Source: the human T2T-CHM13v2.0 reference genome, Homo sapiens. From it: a stretch of DNA of 64,000 nucleotides. Below are positions 54,621 through 64,000 of the stretch, one piece after another; the stretch's first letter is position 1; each line of letters begins with the position of its first letter. The notes under the pieces are model-generated. The model did not search any database. It was not told the DNA's origin and saw only the letters and a list, made by a program, of their open reading frames with translations. The position numbers were made by a program, and so were the translations under genes. The stretch lies in the NCBI RefSeq assembly GCF_009914755.1, contig NC_060925.1, one strand, 5' to 3'.

Positions 54621-56010
54621 CCCTAGGCAGTCCCAGCTTCATCCCTTGGGTCCCAGGCGGTCCAGTTTTCTCTGCCTGGTCAATCATCACATCCAAGGTC
54701 TTCCTCCCTTTTCTCTCTGCCCTTCAAGGCGTGTGTGTCATTTTGGTGTCTTCATTGGTAGTGGTTGCAGGAGTGGACTGAGAGGGCAGGTATTCAGTCT
54801 CTTCTGTGCTCCATGGGTGGTGGTCTTCCTCTGGGCTTAGAAAACCTGGCCGTCCCCAAAAAGGGAACACTACAGTGAAGGTCCTTATAAATTTCAGAAC
54901 TCATTTAAATTTCAGAATAGGTGACATGTTCAAAACCAAGAGCAAAGTGTCCAAAGGACACTGATCCAGCTTGAAGGGGTTCTGTGGCTCATCTGGGATG
55001 ATGGCAGTGTTAAATCAGACACGGGCGGCCAGTTCACACCCACTGAAACACACAGGCATGTGTGGGCTCTTGCTGATGTTGAGAAATGGAGAAGAGGCAT
55101 TTCCTTGCCGTAGCGTGCTGGGGTGACTGGATGAGAGAGTCACCAGCGGACAGTCATGGCTGTGATTCAGCCAAAAGCCACCTGTGTGTGGAACCCCTGG
55201 TGGAGGAGGTCTGATGAGGGGTGGGTGTGCTCACAGGCTCCTGGCATGTCCTCTTGAAGGCAGAAGCCTTCCTCACTCGGGGTAAGCCCCGCTTGCGGGT
55301 GCAGTGAAGAAGCAGTCATTGTTTCAGAAAGTGACCAGTGTTTTCTAAAGTCCCTGTTCGGGATAAAATCACCTGATTCGTGAAATTGCCCACTGGCCAG
55401 TGAGGCCAAAGCCTAACAACTTCAGTGTCCTCACAGAGGCGTCTGGGCAGTGGAGGCCCTTCCTGCTGGAGTCTCCGCAGGGCTCTGATGGTGGGTGCCA
55501 GCTGACTTAATTGCTGTCCCCGATATTTGTGTTCTGCTGAGGGAACCCCTACCCTTGCGGTGTGGGGCAGACATGGCGGGCGTGCCCCATCGAGGCTGTG
55601 TCCTCATGGGAGTGTGTCCCTGAAGGTGTCCTGCTGAGTCTGGCGTGGCCCTGTGTGCTCTGGTCCTTGTGAGTGTGGGCAGGCACAGTGAGTGGTGCTC
55701 TCTGGCCCTGGAAGGTTCTGTGTTGGGGTGTAGAGGAGCCTTGCACGCACCTGGAAGCCAGTCCTCAGGCAGCCAGCCTCCCCTCCTGCATAGGCTGGGA
55801 TGAGGCAGCCTTTCTGGCCATGCAGCTGTGGGGACAGCTTCCCAAGATGAGGGCAACAGTTTCTCAATTCCTGACTCAGCCATTTTCCCTCAGCCCCCAT
55901 CCTGAGGTGGATTTGGGGGGCATGGGAGGCAGGGCTCTTTCCCTGTTTCCCTGCAGGCTTCCAGGAGGTGGGGTGAGGCAGTGGTGCATCCCTGGGTGGG
56001 TGGGTTCTGA

Positions 56011-56548
<538 letters not shown>

Positions 56549-56551
56549 TGA

Positions 56552-56999
<448 letters not shown>

Positions 57000-58175
57000 A
57001 CGCGACCCCCCTCCCTCTCACTCCTCTTGCCCTCTGCTTTACTCTCATGTGGCAAACGTGCGGCTCGTGGTGTGAGTGCCAGAAGCTGCCTCCGTGGTTT
57101 GGTCACCGTGTGCATCGCACCGTGCTGTAAATGTGGCAGACGCAGCCTGCGGCCAGGCTTTTTATTTAATGTAAATAGTTTTTGTTTCCAATGAGGCAGT
57201 TTCTGGTACTCCTATGCAATATTACTCAGCTTTTTTTATTGTAAAAAGAAAAATCAACTCACTGTTCAGTGCTGAGAGGGGATGTAGGCCCATGGGCACC
57301 TGGCCTCCAGGAGTCGCTGTGTTGGGAGAGCCGGCCACGCCCTTGGCTTTAGAGCTGTGTTGAAATCCATTTTGGTGGTTGGTTTTTAACCCAAACTCAG
57401 TGCATTTTTTAAAATAGTTAAGAATCCAAGTCGAGAACACTTGAACACACAGAAGGGAGACCCCGCCTAGCATAGATTTGCAGTTACGGCCTGGATGCCA
57501 GTCGCCAGCCCAGCTGTTCCCCTCGGGAACATGAGGTGGTGGTGGCGCAGCAGACTGCGATCAATTCTGCATGGTCACAGTAGAGATCCCCGCAACTCGC
57601 TTGTCCTTGGGTCACCCTGCATTCCATAGCCATGTGCTTGTCCCTGTGCTCCCACGGTTCCCAGGGGCCAGGCTGGGAGCCCACAGCCACCCCACTATGC
57701 CGCAGGCCGCCCTACCCACCTTCAGGCAGCCTATGGGACGCAGGGCCCCATCTGTCCCTCGGTCGCCGTGTGGCCAGAGTGGGTCCGTCGTCCCCAACAC
57801 TCGTGCTCGCTCAGACACTTTGGCAGGATGTCTGGGGCCTCACCAGCAGGAGCGCGTGCAAGCCGGGCAGGCGGTCCACCTAGACCCACAGCCCCTCGGG
57901 AGCACCCCACCTCTGTGTGTGATGTAGCTTTCTCTCCCTCAGCCTGCAAGGGTCCGATTTGCCATCGAAAAAGACAACCTCTACTTTTTTCTTTTGTATT
58001 TTGATAAACACTGAAGCTGGAGCTGTTAAATTTATCTTGGGGAAACCTCAGAACTGGTCTATTTGGTGTCGTGGAACCTCTTACTGCTTTCAATACACGA
58101 TTAGTAATCAACTGTTTTGTATACTTGTTTTCAGTTTTCATTTCGACAAACAAGCACTGTAATTATAGCTATTAG

Positions 58176-58181
58176 AATAAA
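58176..58181 (+). terminator. ARF1: ARF1 polyadenylation signal AATAAA (3'UTR ~57000-58198)
   Basis: Canonical hexamer at the end of an AU-rich 3'UTR segment with upstream TGTA motifs. Confidence 0.85.
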
Positions 58182-59336
58182 ATCTCTTAACTATTTCACC
58201 GGCTCTCCAGTGCTTCCACACAGGCATGCTGCCCCCAGGAGATGGTGGGTGCATCAGCCAGCTTTACTCTAGGAAGTACAGGTGACTGCCTAGGGCCGCC
58301 ACCTCAGTCCACACCCTCCCCATGTTCCCTCCTGAGTGTGCAGGCACTTCTCTGTGTCTGTGTGAGAGGCTCTTCCAGCATGGTTGCCCACAGTGACCTT
58401 GATCTCGTTTGCAGTCCTGTCGGGCCCAGCCAATGAGACCTGGGCCATACAGGGCAGGGGTCAGCAGGCACCATGGAAGACCTCAGCCTCCGTCCTTCCC
58501 TCCATCGGCCTGCTGCTGAACCCCACTTTGTATAGCTGGCTATGGGGCAGGGCCACTGCTAGCATACATAGGGCTTTGTGCCAACCAGGGAATGGTCCCT
58601 GCCTGAGTGGGCACAGCCCCCACCTCTCCTCAAGATGCCATGCAGCAGGGGGCTGCCAGTCTGGGGGTACCTGTTTCTGGGATGGGGCCATCAGCAGGTC
58701 TAAGGTCTGCCTTCTGTTGGGCAGAGTCCCAAAAGAGAGGGCTGCCCTGGCTAGGTGGCCCAACCTTCATCCCCCTTGACAGCACCCAAGACAGCACAGT
58801 CTCTACTCCAGTAGCCACCCGAGGGTGAGGGCAGAGGTCAAAGCCACAAGCTACACCTTGGCCAGGGCCCTGAGGAAGGTCTGCGTAACTTCCCTTGAAA
58901 TCAGAAACAGGCCAGGTGAGGGAGCTCATGCCTCTGATCCCAACACTGCAACGCTGCATTGAACTGTGATGCAGCCCAGGTGCCATCTGTCTTTATGCCA
59001 TGCAGCCTGGTGGCCGCACACATCCTGAACAGCCCTGATCCTTCTTAGGGTCAGGCAGAAGGGACACCCAGCCCACTGCCCCTGGAGAAGCGGAGCTGAG
59101 GGTTGGGGTAGCAGGCAGTTGGAGGAGCTCCCCAACCCCCACACCCAATTGAGGCTGTGCCTCCACAGACTGCAGTCTTTGACCTCACCTGTCGCAGGGA
59201 TAGGGCTCCCTGCCCCAGGTTCCCACATTGCCAGCTGAGCACCTGCTTCCAGGGCCTCAGCCCTCCCTGGGTTTTGGTGGGGGCTCTGGGCACACATGGG
59301 AGGACTACATTCCCCCAGGACATTAAGAATCAGATG

Positions 59337-59620
<284 letters not shown>

Positions 59621-59732
59621 TCACCAGGTCTCAGACTCCTGGGAGACAGACCCCAGCTCCGACGTTCCAGTGGGATCTCATTAACCCCTGATACTGACCT
59701 TCCAATTTGATATACCTTCCTTTTAAAATATA

Positions 59733-59738
59733 TTTATT
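59733..59738 (-). terminator. C1orf35: C1orf35 polyadenylation signal (TTTATT on +)
   Basis: AATAAA on the minus strand about 380 nt past the stop codon. Confidence 0.8.
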
Positions 59739-60116
59739 GAAATACAAAGAGTCAATATAAAGAAAAATAGAGGTCACCATACTTGGCCACAGTTAGACCG
59801 CTCATAGGCCCATGGCTGCTGCAACCATGGGCAGGACACAGAGGGAGTCCAGCCTCTACTGATAAATCTGGGCAGGTTCACCTTCGCAGGCCAAGCCAGG
59901 GGCCATCCCTGGTATGCGAAACCTGGAGGTTTTCCAGGAAGCCGGCTGCTCCAGAGCTAGCTGTCAAGTCTTTAGCCCCACAGGCTGGTGCCCAGAGCCA
60001 CTTCCACAGGAGCAGCCTCGGGCTTCACCCACACCCAAGGAGCTTCCGAGGCAGGAGGCAAGCAAGGTGAAGGGAGGGTTCAGGGTCCCACAACAGCAGT
60101 GAGCAGGGTCCAGCCA

Positions 60117-60240
60117 TCAGGCCTCAGAGCCTCTGTCATGCCACCTGCGAGACGGGCTCCTCCTGTCCCCACTGTGTCCCCGCTTCCTCCTCTTACAGCA
60201 GGGGGAGTTGGAGTCGGAGTCATGGTGGTGGTGCCTGGGC
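60117..60240 (-). CDS. C1orf35: C1orf35 exon 8 coding part (PRHHHHDSDSNSPCCKRRKRGHSGDRRSPSRRWHDRGSEA*)
   Basis: AG acceptor at 60241-60242; TGA at 60117-60119; the 8 exons sum to 792 nt = 263 aa. Confidence 0.93.
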
Positions 60241-60324
60241 CTGGGGAGACCAATGGCAGTCAGTCACTCGGAAGGAGTCAACCAGGCCCCCACCCCCAAG
60301 AGGCAGATATGGACCAGGGCATAC

Positions 60325-60459
60325 CTCTCAGGAGATGTGGGAGAGGAGGTGGCCTCAGCTGGCCGCCTGTGCTCTTTGTCTTTCTTCTTCTTCTCTTTCT
60401 TGTGTTTCCTCTTTTTCTTTTTCTTCTTCTCCTTCTTGCTTTTCCTGTGGCTCTCACAA
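60325..60459 (-). CDS. C1orf35: C1orf35 exon 7 (Lys-rich: [32 protein letters not shown]...)
   Basis: GT-AG boundaries; frame continuous with neighbouring exons. Confidence 0.93.
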
Positions 60460-61065
60460 CTACAAGGAGGATACAAGGTGTGCCTCAGACCCTAGTCTTG
60501 CAAGCCAAGAGAGTGAACACAAGCAGGCCCCATCCAGATGAAGCCACCACCCACAAGTGCGTCTTTAAATCAGTTAAATCAAACTACAAATTCCACTCCT
60601 CAGTTACGTAGTCACGTGGCCAGTGGCTACGTGGGTTAGAAACAGATGCAATATCCCCATCTCCACAGCACGCCCCTGCCCCACCCCAGCCGTGCCCTTG
60701 GCAGGTTGACACCTTCCTACCTGCACCCACCAGGCCACTCTTAGGGTCAGGCCCAGGCTCACCATCCAGGAGAAGCCCTGGAGGTGCCACCCACGGCAGG
60801 AAAAGGCCCCGCCCCAGGTCCTGAGTGCCCTCCCACGGCACAGCGCCCGACCACTGCCAGTACTTAGGACCTCTCTTCAAGGGTGACCCGAGAAACTCCC
60901 CTAGAGAAAAACCTAGGAGTAACTGGGACAGGAAGTAAAGTAGGGCAGGCCACCCGCCGGGCCGGTGCGCCAAGAGAAGCTGCCACCTGCCCGAGTGGGA
61001 GCCGCTCCGGTCCTCCCGAGACCCCCCACCCCGGGGCACAGCTAGCCCAGGTGGCACAGCCTCAC

Positions 61066-61151
61066 CTGCTTTCCGTCTGATCCTCCGCCCGCGGCTTCCT
61101 CCTGGCCGAGGCTGCCGAGGTCCCGGGCCCGCCGCTCTCTACGCGGTGATG
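61066..61151 (-). CDS. C1orf35: C1orf35 exon 6 (HHRVESGGPGTSAASARRKPRAEDQTES)
   Basis: cgcag acceptor; gtgag donor. Confidence 0.92.
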
Positions 61152-61295
61152 CTGCGGGAGAAGCGAGCTCTGCGGAGGAGTCTGCGGGCCGGCCCCACAC
61201 CACGCCCCGCAGCGCCCCGGGGAGCTCCGTTCAGTGCCCCCGCCCCGCCCCACCCCTGTTAGCCCCTGCTGCGGTCAGGCGGGGCGGGGGATTAC

Positions 61296-61368
61296 CGTGA
61301 ACACAGACAGCCCCAGTTTGGCGGCCTCCTTGTCCTCTCGGGACATCGCCACGCGGCCCACGGAGCCA
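61296..61368 (-). CDS. C1orf35: C1orf35 exon 5 (GSVGRVAMSREDKEAAKLGLSVFT)
   Basis: GT-AG boundaries; phase consistent. Confidence 0.92.
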
Positions 61369-61463
61369 CTGCAGGGACATGGCGATGAAGACAGTACGGC
61401 AGGGGTCCGCCTCACCCGAGCAATCGAGCCCAGTGCTGCCCTCCCCTGGAAACCCGCCCGCAC

Positions 61464-61546
61464 CTTGCGCTCCCCAGCCCCAGCAGCCGGTCCACGCCCT
61501 TCTCCTCGGGGTCGCCTCCTTCCCGCTTGCAGACCTCCGCGAAGTC
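61464..61546 (-). CDS. C1orf35: C1orf35 exon 4 ([27 protein letters not shown])
   Basis: GT-AG boundaries; phase consistent. Confidence 0.92.
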
Positions 61547-61628
61547 CTGCAGGTGCGAGAGCACAGGGAGCGCTCGAGTCGGCCCCACACCCACGGCCCT
61601 CCACGCGCCCCCCACCCCGGGGAGTTAC

Positions 61629-61674
61629 CTCCTTGCTCAGGCCCGTGGGCTGCTTCTTCACGTTCTTGTAGCCA
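61629..61674 (-). CDS. C1orf35: C1orf35 exon 3 (GYKNVKKQPTGLSKE)
   Basis: 46-bp exon with gtaac donor. Confidence 0.92.
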
Positions 61675-61884
61675 CTGCGAGAGGGCCGGGGCAGGCGTCA
61701 GGACGGACGGACCTCCTCCCACCACAGGTCCTCACCACTCCAGCCTTCGTCCTCAGGGTCCCGCCCGCGCGAGTCCCCGCAGCCCCGCTCCCGCCCAGCC
61801 CGACCCCCAGTCCCCGGCCCCGGCCCCACCCTGCCCCGGCAGCGCCGTCCCAGGCACCGACCGCTGCCGTCCGCGGACACTCAC

Positions 61885-62035
61885 AGGGCGGCCAGCAGCG
61901 CCTCGCGCTCCGCCTCCCGCACGGCTGCCAGTTCCTCCTCGCGGCTCGGGCCCGCGCATGGCGCCCGGCCCTTGGCGTACCAGGTGAGGTCGCGGCCCTT
62001 CTGCCAGCGGCCTACCGGCGCCATCAGCGAGTTGC
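61885..62035 (-). CDS. C1orf35: C1orf35 exon 2 ([21 protein letters not shown]...EREALLAAL)
   Basis: MMTAG2 N-terminal motif [12 protein letters not shown]; gtgagt donor. Confidence 0.95.
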
Positions 62036-62119
62036 CTGCGGACGTAGACGCTGTGAGTCCAGCGCCCGCCCGGGATCCCGGAGCCCGGAGCCCGGAGCCC
62101 GCCCACCGCGCGCACCCAC

Positions 62120-62213
62120 CCAGGTAGTTCTCCCGCTGCTTGTCAGTCTTCACGTCCTCCCAGTTGAACTGGTCCTGCCCGCCGCGCACGCCTCCACGAC
62201 TGGAGCCGAACAT
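62120..62213 (-). CDS. C1orf35: C1orf35 (MMTAG2) exon 1 coding part ([31 protein letters not shown])
   Basis: gccATG context at 62211-62213; conserved RGG..F.WEDVK.DK.RENYLG motif. Confidence 0.95.
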
Positions 62214-62259
62214 GGCGCCGGGAAGGCAGTTGCCTGGGGCCTGCGGCTTGCAACCTGCA

Positions 62260-62470
62260 ACCCGCAACCCGAGACCCGCTACCCACTACCGTCGGACCCA
62301 GGCCCGACCCCGCCTCCGCGTCGCGCGCCGTGACGTCACTCCCGCGCCCACTCGGCTTCGCCGCGCGCCTCTGCGCAGCGCACTGCCCCGGATCTGTGCT
62401 CCCGCGCATCACCTCCACGTCGGCTTTGGGCGCCTGCGCACTGCGCCTACCCTGCCGGGCGCGGGAACGC
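62260..62470 (-). promoter_or_regulatory. C1orf35: C1orf35 promoter, at the edge of a CpG island (~60900-62500)
   Basis: Full palindromic CRE TGACGTCA 62331-62338; NRF1-type GCGCCTGCGCA 62430-62440; GC box. Confidence 0.8.
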
Positions 62471-62504
62471 CTCTGAACTGGAAGTTTAAAAATGGTTAAA
62501 ACGG

Positions 62505-62941
62505 GGCCGGGCGGAGTGGCTCTCGCCTGTAATCCCAGCAAGTTGGGAGGCCGAGGCGGGCGGATCGCTTGAGGTCGGGAGTTCGAGACTAGCCTGTCCA
62601 ACATGGTGAAACCCGGTCTCTACTCAAATACAAAAATTAGCCGGGTGTGGTGGTGCACACCTGTAATTCCAGCTACTCAGGAGGCTGAAGCAGGAGAATC
62701 ACTTGAGCCGGGAGGCAGAGGTTGCAGTGAGCCGAGATCGCGCCACTGCACTCCCGCCTGGGCGACAGAGCGAGACTGTCTCAAAAATAAGAAGTTAAAA
62801 TGGGCCAGGCGCGCGCGCGCCCCTGTAGCCCCAACGCTTTGAGGCTGAGGCGGGAGGATCTCGAACCCAGGACTTCGCGCCACTGCACTCCAACCTGAAC
62901 GAGTGAGCGGACCCTGTCTCATAAAAAAAGAAAAAAGAAAA
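62505..62941 (+). mobile_element. AluS-like element (62505-62795) followed by a truncated Alu monomer (~62802-62941)
   Basis: Alu consensus. Confidence 0.88.
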
Positions 62942-63119
62942 CACACAAGATGCGCCTAGTTAACACCGCCAATTGGTCACTGCTAGTCGCGATTCCATAT
63001 CGGGAGCTTAACAAGGTAATGACCTTAATGATTTGTGGAATTTCTGAGTATTACCCAGTAAACTTCTGGATGAACCAGCAGCTACCCAGACACCCTCAGA
63101 GCACTGGTCCTATCCCTGC

Positions 63120-63720
63120 CGTGTTAAACTGAATGTGCACCCTAACTCCCATGTGAAATCCTCACCCCAAGGCGTTGGTGCTTCGGAGGTGACTAGGTCA
63201 TGAGGACAGAGCCTTCATAAAAGGGACCCCAAGAGCTTTGTGCAGCTTTCTACTGTGTGAAGGCAGCGGGAAGGAAGTCTGCAGTCTGGAAGAAACCCCT
63301 TACCAGAACCTCAGCGTGCTGGGCACCCTGATTTTGGAGGTTGTGACGTACCCCTGCTTCCCCTTTCCACTTTCATTCCCAGTGCTGACTGAGAAACAGA
63401 GTCCCTTGGCCACTCTGTGACTTCGCCAACTGTATAATTTCCTCTGCAGACTTGAACCCGAGCCATAGCCATGAACGTTCCCAGGCACAGATGACAGTAA
63501 CTAGGTTGTTGCTCAAAACACAGAAAGAAACTGGACTCAGCCTGAGCCAGATTCCTCAAACCCTCATATAAATTCCATTCACCAACCCCCTCCCCCACGG
63601 ACATACCTAGAGAGAACTTCATTTCTCTCACTGCCTATTGCAAGAACTGCTGCAGCCCACTCTGTACAAAAGCCCCACGAATAAATGCTCTGGGCGAATC
63701 ACCCTGGCATGCTCAATCTG
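63120..63720. mobile_element. MLT1-like LTR fragment followed by another LTR-like segment
   Basis: ttaaactgaatgtg...gactaggtcatgagg...ccttaccagaacc; then an LTR-like stretch with catataa and AATAAA near 63680. Confidence 0.5.
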
Positions 63721-64000
63721 TAGAATCCTAACCAGCCCCATCTCAGGATGGTGTGGGGCACTCCCTTGTGGGAACTCTACTGCCACCACTTTTGGGGCAA
63801 TTCCAGCCACAGGTTGAACTGGATGAAATACAGGTCTACTGTCCTGTGGGAAATTTCTGTTTCTTAGTGACCCAGTCCATGGGTCAGGCTGTTAGAGCAG
63901 GCTGGCAGACAGCCACACGTCTGGCTCATCTATCTACTTAGCAAGTACTGGCTGCCATCTCCCTCATGAGGCACTGCATGAGCTTTCATCATGGAGCAGG

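Noticed and set aside
62214-62267. N-terminal extension of C1orf35 in the ORF track
   Set aside because: Non-ATG start; the ATG at 62211-62213 has a gcc context and begins the conserved region

Overview
Human genomic DNA (Alu/L1/MaLR repeats, GC-rich), recognisable as the WNT3A-ARF1-C1orf35 locus on 1q42. It holds: (i) the 3' half of WNT3A on + (exon 3 at 9695-9960; exon 4 CDS 17997-18476 plus ~1.8 kb 3'UTR); (ii) a ~21 kb intergenic stretch dominated by a ~4.7 kb strand-asymmetric G-rich degenerate tandem array (unit ~GGGGGATAGTGTA, ~26660-31385) and several developmental TF motif clusters; (iii) the complete ARF1 gene on + (CpG-island promoter, non-coding exon 1 ending 41750, four coding exons 56101-56999, 181 aa, mirtron MIR3620 in intron 2); (iv) the complete C1orf35/MMTAG2 gene on - (8 coding exons, 263 aa), convergent with ARF1. 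All splice junctions and reading frames close correctly. Almost all other ORFs in the track are repeat or GC artefacts. I found no convincing new protein-coding system. The best leads are non-coding: the large G-rich array and its internal structure, candidate WNT3A 3' enhancers, a cryptic minisatellite in the WNT3A 3'UTR, and inverted LTRs bracketing WNT3A exon 3. Repeat boundaries and subfamilies were judged by eye and are approximate.
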